Shown in pieces: positions 45,109 to 54,928 of a stretch of 64,000 nucleotides of DNA (position 1 is the stretch's first letter; every line of letters begins with the position of its first letter). Location of the stretch: the NCBI GenBank assembly GCA_963744725.1, contig CAVUUQ010000002.1, forward strand, positions 760,541 to 824,540, written 5' to 3'. Source of the DNA: an uncultured Actinomycetes bacterium (GTDB lineage: Bacteria; Actinomycetota; Thermoleophilia; Solirubrobacterales; 70-9). The position numbers were made by a program, and so were the translations under genes. The notes under the pieces were generated by a model. The model ran no database searches. It was not told the origin of the DNA and saw nothing but the letters and a program-made list of their open reading frames with translations.

Positions 45109-45902
45109 CCGCTCTGCAGGATCGCCATCTCCGGCGTGCCGAGGTCGAACGGCCGCACGTCCTCGAACTCGGCCAGCAGGGTGCCGGTCACGTAGGAGCG
45201 CGGGTGGTAGGCGCTGCAGAGGTTGCGTCCCGACATCCGCGGCCGTTCGACGACCAGCTCGCCGCGCTCGAAGCGGGTCCGCTCCTCGTCGGTCAGGCGG
45301 GTCACCATCGACTCGCCGAGGACGCTGACCACGAGCAGGCCGCCGGGGCGGAGGATGCGGCGGAACTCGGCGATCCAGGCGTCCTGCAGCTCGCGGTCGA
45401 GGTGGGAGAAGACCGAGAGCGCGTAGACGAGGTCGAACTGGCCGTCGGCGTATCCGGTCGGCGGCGCCAGCCCGTTGACGTTGGGGTGGACGAAGGGCAG
45501 CCCCTCGCGGAGCCAGGCGACCAGGTCGGGGTTGTAGTCGGAGCCGTGCAGCTCGGGCCCCTCGACCTTGCCCCAGTGGCGCAGCACGCGGCCGCAGCCG
45601 CAGCCGAAGTCGAGCACCGCGGCGAGCTCGGCCGGCTCGCGCCCGGCCTCGCGGACGGCGTCGGCGATCGAGTCGAACATCGCCTCGCCGAGGACGAGGA
45701 AGCGCGGCCCGTCGCCGCTGCGTCCGTCGACCAGCAGCCGCAGCCGCGCCGGCGGCAGCGGCAGCCCGTCGGGGCGCGGGTCGGGCCCGTCGTCGGCCTG
45801 CCGCACCAGCCACTCTTCGCGCAGCTTCTCGACCGGCCCCAGCAGCCGGGTCCGCTCGAGCGCGTTGGCGACGCGGCTCCGAGTCTGCTGCTTCAGGGTC
45901 AT
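45090..45902 (-). CDS. Class I SAM-dependent methyltransferase
   Basis: 270 aa. Motif I VLDFGCGCGRVLRHW and post-I/II blocks (FDLVYALSVFSHL, LRPGGLLVVS) are present. Confidence 0.85.
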   Translation of the reverse strand: MTLKQQTRSRVANALERTRLLGPVEKLREEWLVRQADDGPDPRPDGLPLPPARLRLLVDGRSGDGPRFLVLGEAMFDSIADAVREAGREPAELAAVLDFGCGCGRVLRHWGKVEGPELHGSDYNPDLVAWLREGLPFVHPNVNGLAPPTGYADGQFDLVYALSVFSHLDRELQDAWIAEFRRILRPGGLLVVSVLGESMVTRLTDEERTRFERGELVVERPRMSGRNLCSAYHPRSYVTGTLLAEFEDVRPFDLGTPEMAILQSGYVARR

Positions 45903-45972
45903 CGGCTCGACAACCTACCCAGCCGCCCGGAGTAGCGGTCGCGTCGCTGCGGCGGCGCTCCGCGTGCCGGCG

Positions 45973-47598
45973 CTAGCCGGTCGCCGATGCGCGCGGCGGT
46001 GGCGGCGGGCGCCGGGTGACCGCCGAGGAGCGGCCGGCGGAGGCCGAGACCCAGCGCGAGCGGCGGCTGAAGACGCCGACCTTGACGCGGTCCGTCTTGC
46101 GGACCAGGATCAGGCTGAAGATCGCCCCCAGCAGGGCGATCCCGGCGGAGACCGCGAAGGTGACCTGGAAGGCGCTGACGTGGGAGGCGATCACGTCGGG
46201 TTCGATGATCTGCAGCAGGTGGCTGCCGGGCAGGTGCTTGAGCCCCGACTGCTCGGCCTGGATGATCAGCTCGCGCGCCCGTTCGGTCTGCTCCGGGGTC
46301 GGGTGGACCCCCTGCTCGGCGAGCTTTTCGTCGAGCACGTGGAAGTTGATCCCGAGCTCGACCGCGGTCAGCGCGGCGATCCCGAGCGCGCCGCCGAGCT
46401 GCTCGGAGGTGTTGATCATCCCCGCCCCCTCGCCGACGTCTTTCTCCGGCACCGCGGTCAGCCCGGTCGGGTCGTTGACGGTGAGGACGATCCCCAGCCC
46501 GAGCCCCTGCAGCAGCAGCCCCGGGATCAGCGCGACCGCCGATTCCTGCGAAACCGAGACGGCGAGGACGACGCCGGAGGCGGCGAGGACGAGGAAGCCG
46601 GCGACCAGCGGCCAGCGACCGCCGAAGCGGTCGAAGGCCTTCCCGGCCAGCGGCCCGGCGAGGATGATCGGGATCGTCGCCGGGATCAGCGCCACCCCGG
46701 CCGCGGCGGGCGAGACGCCGACCACCAGCAGCAGGAAGAACGGCGTCAGGAAGCCGAGCCCGAGCTCGACCATCCCGGCGAGCAGCTGGCTGACGTTGGC
46801 GGCGAGGAAGTTCTCGTGGCGGAACAGCTTGAAGTCGATCATCGGGTTGGCGGCTCGCCGCTCGATCACCAGGAAGACCGGGATCAGGAGCACCCCGGCG
46901 ACGATCGGGATCAGCGTCTGCGGGTCGCCCCAGCCCGCCTCCGGCCCTTCCGAGAGGCCGAAGATCAGCGTCCCGATCGCCAAGGCGAAGGTGACGACCC
47001 CCGGCAGGTCGAGGTCCCGCGAGGCGCCCGCGTCGGGCTCGAGGCGCGGCGTCGCCCGCAGCGTGATCGCCACCGCGATCACCGCCAGCGGCACGTTGAT
47101 GAGGAAGACCAGCCGCCAGTCGATCGCGGTCAAGGCGCCGCCGAGGACGGGGCCCAGCGCGGCGAAGAAGGCCGAGGCGCCGGCCAGGATGCCGAGCGCC
47201 GCCCCCTTGCTCTCGTCCGGATACACGGCGCTGACGATCGCCAGCGCGGTCGGCATCATCAGCGCCGCCCCGGCGCCCTGCAGCGCCCGCGCCGCGATCG
47301 CCCAGGGGAGGTCCTGCGAGAGCCCCATCGCCGTCGTCGCCACCCCGAAGATCACCGCGCCGATCAGGAACACGCGGCGCATCCCGAACAGGTCGCCGAG
47401 CCGGCCGCCGAAGACCATCAGCGCCGCCAGCGGCAGGATGTTGGCGGTCATCAGCCACTGCGACTGGCCGACCGAGGCGTGCAGGTCCTGGATCGCGTGC
47501 GGCGTCGCCAGCGGCACCGCGGTCTGGTCGACGAGGATCATCGAGCTCGCCAGCGTCATCGCCGCCAACGTCAACCGCCTGTCGCGCCGCGAGATCAC
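45973..47598 (-). CDS. MFS transporter, DHA2 (14-TMS, EmrB/QacA-like) type
   Basis: 541 aa. Contains LMVFGGRLGDLFGMRRVFLIG (the MFS motif A context). 14 hydrophobic segments were judged by eye. Confidence 0.85.
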   Translation of the reverse strand: MISRRDRRLTLAAMTLASSMILVDQTAVPLATPHAIQDLHASVGQSQWLMTANILPLAALMVFGGRLGDLFGMRRVFLIGAVIFGVATTAMGLSQDLPWAIAARALQGAGAALMMPTALAIVSAVYPDESKGAALGILAGASAFFAALGPVLGGALTAIDWRLVFLINVPLAVIAVAITLRATPRLEPDAGASRDLDLPGVVTFALAIGTLIFGLSEGPEAGWGDPQTLIPIVAGVLLIPVFLVIERRAANPMIDFKLFRHENFLAANVSQLLAGMVELGLGFLTPFFLLLVVGVSPAAAGVALIPATIPIILAGPLAGKAFDRFGGRWPLVAGFLVLAASGVVLAVSVSQESAVALIPGLLLQGLGLGIVLTVNDPTGLTAVPEKDVGEGAGMINTSEQLGGALGIAALTAVELGINFHVLDEKLAEQGVHPTPEQTERARELIIQAEQSGLKHLPGSHLLQIIEPDVIASHVSAFQVTFAVSAGIALLGAIFSLILVRKTDRVKVGVFSRRSRWVSASAGRSSAVTRRPPPPPRASATG

Positions 47599-47628
47599 CG
47601 TCGCGGCGCCAGCCTAATCGCCGCCCGG

Positions 47629-48177
47629 CTACCAGGGAAGGGTGTCGGCGATCTCCGCGAGGCGCGGCGCGTTCTTGTCGCGCTCGGAGAGCAGCGGCTC
47701 GGCGACCCGCCAGTCGACCCCCACCCCGGGGTCGTCCCAGGCGATCCCGGCCTCGGTCGCCGGGTCATACAGCGAGGACACCTGGTAGCAGACGTCGGCG
47801 ATCTCGCTGAGCACCGCGAAGCCATGTCCGAAGCCGACCGGCACGTAGAGCTGGCGGTGCTCGACGTCGTCGAGGACGTGCGCCTCCCACTGCCCATAGG
47901 TCGGCGAGTCGCGGCGCAGGTCGACGGCGACGTCGAGGACCTCACCGCGGGCGGCGCGGACCAGCTTCGCCTGGCCGGGCGAGGTCTGGAAATGGATTCC
48001 GCGCAGCGTCCCGCGCGAGGAGCGCGAGTGGTTGTGCTGGACGAAGGAGGCGTCGACGCCGAGCTCGGCCCATTCGCAGGCGGCGAAGGTCTCGACCATG
48101 AACCCCCGCTGGTCGCCGTGGACCGCGGGTTCGATCAGCACCAGTCCGTCGAGCTTGGTCGGCAAGCGCGTGGCCAT
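47629..48177 (-). CDS. rmlC: dTDP-4-dehydrorhamnose 3,5-epimerase
   Basis: 182 aa. Contains ...HGDQRGFMVETF...FVQHNHSRSSRGTLRGIHFQ...QAKLVRAARGEVLDVAVDLR...FGHGFAVLSE... Confidence 0.93.
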   Translation of the reverse strand: MATRLPTKLDGLVLIEPAVHGDQRGFMVETFAACEWAELGVDASFVQHNHSRSSRGTLRGIHFQTSPGQAKLVRAARGEVLDVAVDLRRDSPTYGQWEAHVLDDVEHRQLYVPVGFGHGFAVLSEIADVCYQVSSLYDPATEAGIAWDDPGVGVDWRVAEPLLSERDKNAPRLAEIADTLPW

Positions 48178-48336
48178 CGGCGCGCGAGTCTATCCCGGGC
48201 GAACCGCCGCACGTGGCGTGGTCGAGACCGGGTCCTGTGAAAGCCTTGCGACGATGCCCAAGGGAGGGTCCGAAAGCTGACCGAGCTGCGCCTGGCGGGA
48301 CTCCTCGCCTTCCACCTGCTGCTGATCGGCCTGCCG

Positions 48337-49971
48337 ATGGTCGCCGCCTCGCTCCTCGCCGCGCGGGCCGGCGTCCGCCACGTCGCGGTGCTGCTCGCGA
48401 TCGCCCTGGCGGTCAGCGGCGGCGCGGCGATGCTGACCTTCTGGGCGTACTACGCCAACCACCTCATCGGCCTCGCCGTCTCCTACCTCGTGCCGCTCGT
48501 CTCGGCGCTTCTGATCGGCTTCGTCCTCTGGGACTGGCGGCCCGAGCGCGAGCTGGTGCGGGCGATCGCGACCCCATTCGCGCTCTGGGCCCTGGCCACC
48601 GCCTTCCTCGTCTTCTTCGGCTTCATCCACGGCGGCAGCGATCACCCGCTCGAAGTCGCCGGCACCCGCTTCGCCGCCGGGATCACGACCGACAACCTGA
48701 TCCCCCACTTCTTCACCGAATGGTTCTACGGGCACGGTCACCACGGCACGCCACCGATCTTCCAACCCGATTGGCTGGCCAGCGACCGACCGCCGCTGCA
48801 GATCGGCTACGGGCTCGCCCAGCGGCCCTGGTTCTGGAACCTCAATGGGCTCGACTCGCAGCTGATCGGCGTCGCCCTGCAGCAGCTCTGGGTGATCGGC
48901 CTCTGGGCGCTGCTAGCGGCCTTCAAGGTGCGCCGGCTGAGCGGCGCGCTGGCGCTGATCGCCGTCCTCTTCAGCCCGTTAGCGATCGTCAACGGCTTCT
49001 TCGTCTGGCCGAAGCTGCTGCCGGCGGCGCTGCTGCTCGGCGCCGCGGCGCTGGTGATGACGCCGCTCTGGGAGCGGACCCGGGCCGATTGGCGACTGGC
49101 GGCGTTGGTCGGCGCGCTAGCGGCGTTGGCGATGCTCGCCCACGGCTCGAGCATCTTCGCGATCATCCCGCTGGCGATCGTCGCCCTCTGGCGCGGGGTG
49201 CCGAGCTGGCGCTGGATCGGCGCGGCGGCGGCGATCGGGATCCTCCTGCTCGCTCCCTGGTCGGCCTATCAGAAGTGGGGCGACCCGCCCGGTAACCGGC
49301 TCGACCGCTGGTTCCTCGCCGGCGACAGCGAAGTCAAGGAAGAAGGGACGCTGACCGCGATCGTCAACGCCTACTCCGACGAAGGGCTCGGCGGCGCCCT
49401 CCACAACAAGTACGAGAACCTCGTCACCGTGGTCGGCGGCGGCCCGTCTTACGAAGCGGCGAAACGGAGCGTCGAAGCGATCGAAGCCGACCAGATCCCC
49501 GACGCGCTGAACAACGTCCGGCAGGTTTTCTTCTTCGACTTCCTGCCGGGGATGGGCCTGCTGGTGGTGGCGCCGCTCGTAATGCTGTTCGGCAGGCGCC
49601 GCGTCCGCGACCCTGGCGACTGGAGCTTCGCGCTGACCGCCTACGTCGTGGTCGGGATCGGGCTGCTCGCCTGGGTGCTGATCCTGTTCGGCAACGACGT
49701 CGCCCGCACCGACATCCACCAGGGGAGCTACATGCTGCCGATCCTCGGCCTCGCCGCCGGCGCGGTCGGGCTGCGCGCCGTCGTCCCCCGCTTCGCCAAC
49801 TGGTTCGTCCCGATCGCGGCGCTCTTGATGCTGGCGCTGTACGTGCCGAGCGTGACCCCCGAAGAAGGGACCAGCTATTCGGTGCTGGCGATGGTCTTAG
49901 CGGCGGTCTTCGGCGGCGGCTTCTGCTGGCTGGCGCTTCAGCCCAAGGCCTTGCCGTACTGGCGTTCGTAG
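48337..49971 (+). CDS. Large polytopic membrane protein, family not recognised (candidate GT-C-like glycosyltransferase or polymerase)
   Basis: 544 aa from the first ATG. The open frame continues upstream (LTELRLAGLLAFHLLLIGLP), so a non-ATG start near 48277 is possible. About 12-14 TM segments with a ~110-aa soluble insert (residues ~325-435). Confidence 0.65.
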   Translation: MVAASLLAARAGVRHVAVLLAIALAVSGGAAMLTFWAYYANHLIGLAVSYLVPLVSALLIGFVLWDWRPERELVRAIATPFALWALATAFLVFFGFIHGGSDHPLEVAGTRFAAGITTDNLIPHFFTEWFYGHGHHGTPPIFQPDWLASDRPPLQIGYGLAQRPWFWNLNGLDSQLIGVALQQLWVIGLWALLAAFKVRRLSGALALIAVLFSPLAIVNGFFVWPKLLPAALLLGAAALVMTPLWERTRADWRLAALVGALAALAMLAHGSSIFAIIPLAIVALWRGVPSWRWIGAAAAIGILLLAPWSAYQKWGDPPGNRLDRWFLAGDSEVKEEGTLTAIVNAYSDEGLGGALHNKYENLVTVVGGGPSYEAAKRSVEAIEADQIPDALNNVRQVFFFDFLPGMGLLVVAPLVMLFGRRRVRDPGDWSFALTAYVVVGIGLLAWVLILFGNDVARTDIHQGSYMLPILGLAAGAVGLRAVVPRFANWFVPIAALLMLALYVPSVTPEEGTSYSVLAMVLAAVFGGGFCWLALQPKALPYWRS

Positions 49972-50921
49972 TACTCGCGGTACTCGCCGGAGCGGATCGC
50001 GCCCCACCAGTCCTCGTTGTCGCGGTACCAGGCGACGGTTTTCTCGAGCCCCTCGGCGAAGTGGACCTGCGCCTCCCAGCCGAGGTCGGCCTTCAGCTTC
50101 GCCGAGGAGAGCGAGTAGCGACGGTCGTGGCCGGGGCGGTCGGTGACGTATTCGATCAGCGACTCGTCGCCGCCGGTCAGCTCGATCACCCGCTTCACCA
50201 CCTCGATGTTCTCGCACTCGTCGGGACCGCCGACGTTGTAGGCCTCACCGGCCTTGCCCTTGGCGAGCACGGTGTGGATGCCGCGGCAGAAGTCCTCGAC
50301 GTAGAGCCAGTTGCGGACCTGGCGGCCGTCGCCGTAGACCGGCAGCGAGTCGCCGTGGATCGCGTTGAGGACCATCAGCGGGATCAGCTTCTCCGGGTAC
50401 TGGCGCGGGCCGTAGTTGTTGGAGCCGCGGACGATCGAGGCGTCGATCCCGTAGGTGTGGACGTGGGCGGCGACCAGCAGGTCGCCGGCCGCCTTGGTGG
50501 CCGAGTAGGGCGAGGAGGGGTCGAGCGGCGAGGTCTCGGTAAAGGAGCCGGAGTCGATCGAGCCGTAGACCTCGTCGGTCGAGACCTGGACGTAGCGCTG
50601 GACGCCGAGCTCGCGGGCGGCGTCGAGCAGCGTGCCGGTGCCGATCACGTGGGTGCGGGCGAAGGCGTCCTGGTCGTCGATCGAGCGGTCGACGTGCGAC
50701 TCGGCAGCGAAGTTGACGACCGCCTCGCAGCCGGCCATCGCCTCGCGGACGATCGCCGGGTCCTCGATCCCCCCCTCGATCAGCTGCGTCCCCTCCGGCA
50801 GGTTCTCCGGCCGGCCGGCGTAGGTGAGCTTGTCGAGGACGACGATCTCGTGCTCGGCGCCGGCGATCCGCACGTAGGTCGAGCCGATGAAGCCGGCCGC
50901 TCCGGTGACCAACAGTCTCAT
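49938..50921 (-). CDS. rmlB: dTDP-glucose 4,6-dehydratase
   Basis: 327 aa from MRLLVTGAAGFIGS (ATG 50921, forming an ATGA overlap with the rmlD stop). Contains YSATKAAGDLLV (YxxxK) and DRPGHDRRY. Confidence 0.95.
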   Translation of the reverse strand: MRLLVTGAAGFIGSTYVRIAGAEHEIVVLDKLTYAGRPENLPEGTQLIEGGIEDPAIVREAMAGCEAVVNFAAESHVDRSIDDQDAFARTHVIGTGTLLDAARELGVQRYVQVSTDEVYGSIDSGSFTETSPLDPSSPYSATKAAGDLLVAAHVHTYGIDASIVRGSNNYGPRQYPEKLIPLMVLNAIHGDSLPVYGDGRQVRNWLYVEDFCRGIHTVLAKGKAGEAYNVGGPDECENIEVVKRVIELTGGDESLIEYVTDRPGHDRRYSLSSAKLKADLGWEAQVHFAEGLEKTVAWYRDNEDWWGAIRSGEYREYYERQYGKALG

Positions 50922-51766
50922 TGCGTTTCCTCCGCTTCTCGTTGGGCCAGGTACCCGGCCAGGCCGTCGCGCCACGAGGGCAGCCGGATCGGGTGCTCGC
51001 GCTGGCTGGCGAGCACCGAGTAGGCCGGGCGCGGCGCCGGCCGGCCGAATTCCTCGGTCGTCACCGACAGCACTTTGCAGTCCACCTTCGCCTGCTCGTA
51101 GATCTCGCGGGCGAATTCGTAGAAGGAGATCTCGCCCTCGGCCGCCATGTGGTGGATCCCGAACTCGACCCCCTCGATCAGCCGCACGATCCCGTAGGCG
51201 AGATGCCAGGTGTAGGTCGGCGACAGCACCTGGTCGCGGACGACGAGGACCTCGCTCTGCGTCGCCCCCAGCCGCAGCATCGTCTCGACGAAGTTGTTGC
51301 CGCCGATCCCGAACAGCCCCGACGAGCGGACCACGAAGTGGCGCTTGTTGGCGGCGATCGTCGCCTCCTCGCCGGCCAGTTTGGTGCGCCCGTAGGCGCC
51401 CAGCGGCGCCGGCTGGTCGGACTCGACGTAGGGCGTCCGCTTGGTCCCGTCGAAGACGTAGTCGGTAGAGACCTGGACCACGGCGGCGCCCACTTCGGCC
51501 GCCGCGGCGGCAACGTTGCCCGCCCCGGCCCCGTTGACCGCGAACGCCGCCTCCTCGGCCTCCTCGGCACCGTCGACGTCGGTCCAGGCGGCGCTGTTGA
51601 TGAGCACGTCCGGCCGCTCGAGGTCGACCTTGCGGCGGACCGCGTCGGCGTCGGTGATGTCGAGCTCGGCGTGCCCGAAGCCGACCACGTCGTGGCCGGC
51701 GTTGCCGGCGGCGAGCATCAGGTCGCGGCCGAGCATGCCGGCGGCGCCGGTGATGAGCAGCTTCAT
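50918..51766 (-). CDS. rmlD: dTDP-4-dehydrorhamnose reductase
   Basis: 282 aa. Contains MKLLITGAAGMLGRDL...INSAAWTDVDGAE...STDYVFDG...YGRTKLAGE... Confidence 0.93.
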   Translation of the reverse strand: MKLLITGAAGMLGRDLMLAAGNAGHDVVGFGHAELDITDADAVRRKVDLERPDVLINSAAWTDVDGAEEAEEAAFAVNGAGAGNVAAAAAEVGAAVVQVSTDYVFDGTKRTPYVESDQPAPLGAYGRTKLAGEEATIAANKRHFVVRSSGLFGIGGNNFVETMLRLGATQSEVLVVRDQVLSPTYTWHLAYGIVRLIEGVEFGIHHMAAEGEISFYEFAREIYEQAKVDCKVLSVTTEEFGRPAPRPAYSVLASQREHPIRLPSWRDGLAGYLAQREAEETQ

Positions 51767-51840
51767 CGGATGGGGTTTGGGACTTTGGGGTGCTGCACGA
51801 GCCGCAACAGGCTAGATGATCGATTCCTAATTCTCCTCGC

Positions 51841-52344
51841 TCACGAGGCAGAGCCCGGCAGCTCGTCGATGTCGGTCAGCTCGGCGATGTCGCGAAGGTC
51901 CTGGGGACGTCCGCTGGCGCGCTTCATCGCGATGAGGTCGTCGAGCGAGGCGATCCTGACCGACGCCCCGCGCACCTCCACCTCGATCGCCCGCCTGCGA
52001 AGGTCCCCGTATGGCGGGGCGCCGACCGCTCGGTTAAGCACGTCGAGATCACCGGCGGCGGTCGGGAGCTTGAGGATCGTTGCGCGAGCCAGGTCGAAGC
52101 TGTCGCGTGGATCGAGCTCACGAAAGCTCGAATCTACAGCCACCTCCGGGGCGCTTAGCTCGTCGAGCGCGGCGGCAAGTCGGTCGTAGTTGGACTCCTC
52201 CGGCGCGGGGACGATGTCCACGTCGAGCGTCAGGCGCCGGGAACCGTGGGCGTTCGCGGCGATTCCGCCGATCGCCACGTAGTCGACGTCGTGCCGCTGC
52301 AGCGCCGCGAAGATCGCCTGCGGCGAGAAGGCGGCCTCGCTCAT
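51841..52344 (-). CDS. Minimal nucleotidyltransferase-fold protein (putative toxin of an XRE-NTase module)
   Basis: 167 aa from MSEAAFSPQ. Contains VAIGGIAANAHGSRRLTLDVDIV (the G[GS]...DxD NTase motif) and the C-terminal IASLDDLIAMKRASGRPQDLRDI. The ATGA overlaps the stop of the upstream XRE gene. Confidence 0.65.
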   Translation of the reverse strand: MSEAAFSPQAIFAALQRHDVDYVAIGGIAANAHGSRRLTLDVDIVPAPEESNYDRLAAALDELSAPEVAVDSSFRELDPRDSFDLARATILKLPTAAGDLDVLNRAVGAPPYGDLRRRAIEVEVRGASVRIASLDDLIAMKRASGRPQDLRDIAELTDIDELPGSAS

Positions 52345-52664
52345 CGCCGCGCCGCGGCGCCGCGCAGGTCGCTGGCGAAGGCGGCGGCGTCGAAAGCACG
52401 TTCGAGCCGCTCCGCCATCGGTCGGGCGCTGTGGACGCGGCGCCAATCTCGATCTTCCTCGCCGACGTCGACGCGCTCGCTCCGCAAGCGGACCCGCTCG
52501 CCCATGACCAGCAGCAGCCGATCGATGGACTCGACCGACGGCGAGACCTCGTCCCGCTCGAGTCGCGAGATCCACGCCTGGCTCGCACCGGCACGGAGGG
52601 CGAGGCGGCGTTGGGAAAGACCATGACGACGCCGTGCGTCTCGGATCAGCTCACCGCTCGTCAT
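52341..52664 (-). CDS. XRE-family helix-turn-helix protein (putative antitoxin/regulator)
   Basis: 107 aa. GELIRDARRRHGLSQRRLALRAGASQAWISRLERDEVSPSVESIDRLLLVMG is a canonical Cro/C1-type HTH. Confidence 0.8.
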   Translation of the reverse strand: MTSGELIRDARRRHGLSQRRLALRAGASQAWISRLERDEVSPSVESIDRLLLVMGERVRLRSERVDVGEEDRDWRRVHSARPMAERLERAFDAAAFASDLRGAAARR

Positions 52665-52872
52665 GGTCGTATGATACTCGATCGAGCATCACTGTGGGTG
52701 CGGGAGCGGGCGGTTCTTAGCCGGCGAGCATCCGTTCGACCGCCGCGAAGAGCATTGCGACGGTGCGCCCGAGCACTCGCCGCTCGCGATCGTTCAGCGC
52801 GGCGGCGTCGAGGCTGCTGTCCGACCGGAGGCCCACCACCCGCAGAATAGGACTGCGGGGGCGTTCGCGGGT

Positions 52873-53949
52873 TCAGACGATTTCGATCTCGCAGTTGTCG
52901 CCGGCCAGCATCCGCAGCGTGCGCGGCGGGCCGTCGCTGCGGGTGAGCTTGACGTTGCGGCCGAGCAGGCTGGCCTCCATCCGGGTGCCGAGGTCCTGGA
53001 CGACGGAGCCGGAGAGGACGATCGAGTGCTCGACCTCGCAGCGGCTGATCTCGACGTCCTCGCCGATCGAGGTGTAGGGGCCGATGTAAGCGTCCTCGAT
53101 CTTCGCGCCGGCGCCGATCACGGCGGGGCCGCGAATGACGGAGCGGACCAGCTTGGCGCCTGGGGCGACGACCACCCGGCCCTCGACCCGCGACTCGTCG
53201 TCGACCTCTCCCTCGACGCTTCCGACCAGCTCCTCGAGGACGAGGCGGTTGGCCTCGAGCATGTCGGCGAGCTGGCCGGTGTCCTTCCACCAGCCGCGCA
53301 CTACCTCGGAGCGGACCGCCTTGCCGTCGTCGATCAGGCCCTGGATCGCCTCGGTGATCTCGTACTCGCCGCGCCAGGAGGGCTCCAGCTTGCGGGCCGC
53401 CTCGAAGATCGAGGGGCTGAAGAGGTAGACGCCGACCAGGGCCAAGTTCGAGGGCGGGTCCTTCGGCTTCTCGATCAGGCGGACGATGTGCTCGCCGTCG
53501 AGCTCGGCGACGCCGTAGGACTGCGGGTCCTCGACCGGGGTGAGCAGGATCAGCGCCTCCGGTTCGGCCTCCTTGAAGGTCGCGACGAGGCCGCGCAGGC
53601 CGTCGCGGAGGAGGTTGTCGCCAAGGTACATGACGAAGGACGAGTCGCCGATGAAGTCGGCCGCGGTCAGCACCGCGTGGGCGAGGCCGGCCGGCTTGTC
53701 CTGGAGGATGTAGGTGATCGTGGCGCCGAACTGGGAGCCGTCGCCGGCCGCCGCTTCGATCTCGCCGCCGGTCTCCGGGGCGATGATGATCCCGATCTCG
53801 GTCACCCCGGCGTCGACCAGCGCCTCGATCCCGTAAAAGAGGACCGGCTTGTTGGCGACCGGGACCAGCTGCTTCGCAGAGGTATGCGTGATCGGCCGCA
53901 GGCGGGTGCCGGCGCCGCCAGAGAGAATGAGTCCCTTCAGAGCCTCCAT
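52873..53949 (-). CDS. rmlA: Glucose-1-phosphate thymidylyltransferase, long form with C-terminal left-handed beta-helix
   Basis: MEALKGLILSGGAGTRLRPITHTSAKQLVPVANKPVLFYGIEAL... The C-terminal hexapeptide-repeat region is present. The ORF track extends to a TTG at 53961. Confidence 0.9.
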   Translation of the reverse strand: MEALKGLILSGGAGTRLRPITHTSAKQLVPVANKPVLFYGIEALVDAGVTEIGIIIAPETGGEIEAAAGDGSQFGATITYILQDKPAGLAHAVLTAADFIGDSSFVMYLGDNLLRDGLRGLVATFKEAEPEALILLTPVEDPQSYGVAELDGEHIVRLIEKPKDPPSNLALVGVYLFSPSIFEAARKLEPSWRGEYEITEAIQGLIDDGKAVRSEVVRGWWKDTGQLADMLEANRLVLEELVGSVEGEVDDESRVEGRVVVAPGAKLVRSVIRGPAVIGAGAKIEDAYIGPYTSIGEDVEISRCEVEHSIVLSGSVVQDLGTRMEASLLGRNVKLTRSDGPPRTLRMLAGDNCEIEIV

Positions 53950-53985
53950 TCGACGCTGCAACCCTAGCTAGGAACCGGAACTTCC

Positions 53986-54918
53986 GTGCAGGCCACGATC
54001 TTCATCCCCAGCTTCAACAGCGAGACGCGCATAAGTCGCGCTCTCGCCGGCCTGCGCGGTCAGAGCCGGGAGGCCGAGGTGATCGTCGTCGACAACGGCT
54101 CGGGCGACGCGACCGTCGAGCTCGTCCGCGAGCGCTTCCCCGAGGTCGAGGTGCTTGAGCTCGGCGCCAACCTTGGCTTCGGGCCCGCCCTCAACCGTGG
54201 CGTCGCCGCCCGCCCGGAGGCCGATCCGGTGATCCTCCTCAACGACGACGCCGAGCCGGAGCCGGAGTTCGTCGCTGCTCTGCTCGAGCGGCTTGGCGAC
54301 GGGGTCGACTCGGTGGCCGGCGTGATGGTCCAGGAGTCCGACCCGGGCCGGATCGACTCGGCAGGTGTCGTCGCCGACCGGACGCTGATGGGGTTCGACT
54401 ATCTGCACGGCGAGCCGGTCGCGGCGGCGACCAGCGCCGCCGACCCACTCGGCCCGACCGGCGGCGCCGCCCTCTACCGGCGCGCGGCCTTCGACGCGAT
54501 CGGCGGCTTCGACGAGCGGATCTTCCTCTACTACGAGGACCTCGACCTGGCGCTGCGCCTGGCCGCGGCGGGCGGAGGCTGCCGCCTGGCCGCGAACGCC
54601 CGCGCCGTCCACGCCTACTCCGCCAGCCTCGGCGCCGCCAGCCCCGACAAGTACGCGGCGACCGGCTGGAGCCGCGGCTACATGCTGCGCCGCTACGGGG
54701 TCACGGGCAAGCGGCGATTGGCGCTGCGAGCGCTCGCCTGCGAGGGAGTCCTCTGCGCCGGGCAGATCGCCCGCGACCGGACCGCCGCCGGCCTCGCCGG
54801 TCGCTGGCGCGGCTGGCGCGCCGCCGCCGGCCTCGCGCGCCGCGACGTCGATGGCGCCCCGCTGCTGGACCTCAGCGCCCGCGAAGCGCTGGCGCTGCGC
54901 CGGCGCCGACGCGGTTAG
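53986..54918 (+). CDS. Family 2 glycosyltransferase
   Basis: 310 aa with a GTG start. Contains IFIPSFNSETRISRALAGL...VIVVDNGSGDATVELV...NLGFGPALNRG...LLNDDAEPE...YEDLDLALR. Confidence 0.88.
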   Translation: MQATIFIPSFNSETRISRALAGLRGQSREAEVIVVDNGSGDATVELVRERFPEVEVLELGANLGFGPALNRGVAARPEADPVILLNDDAEPEPEFVAALLERLGDGVDSVAGVMVQESDPGRIDSAGVVADRTLMGFDYLHGEPVAAATSAADPLGPTGGAALYRRAAFDAIGGFDERIFLYYEDLDLALRLAAAGGGCRLAANARAVHAYSASLGAASPDKYAATGWSRGYMLRRYGVTGKRRLALRALACEGVLCAGQIARDRTAAGLAGRWRGWRAAAGLARRDVDGAPLLDLSAREALALRRRRRG

Positions 54919-54928
54919 CGCCGCGCCC

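Noticed and set aside
45568-48240. 890-aa plus-strand ORF (also 45899-47458 and 46016-47617)
   Set aside because: These overlap the MFS transporter, the methyltransferase and rmlC, which have clear family signatures on the minus strand. Their composition is Arg/Pro/Gly-rich.
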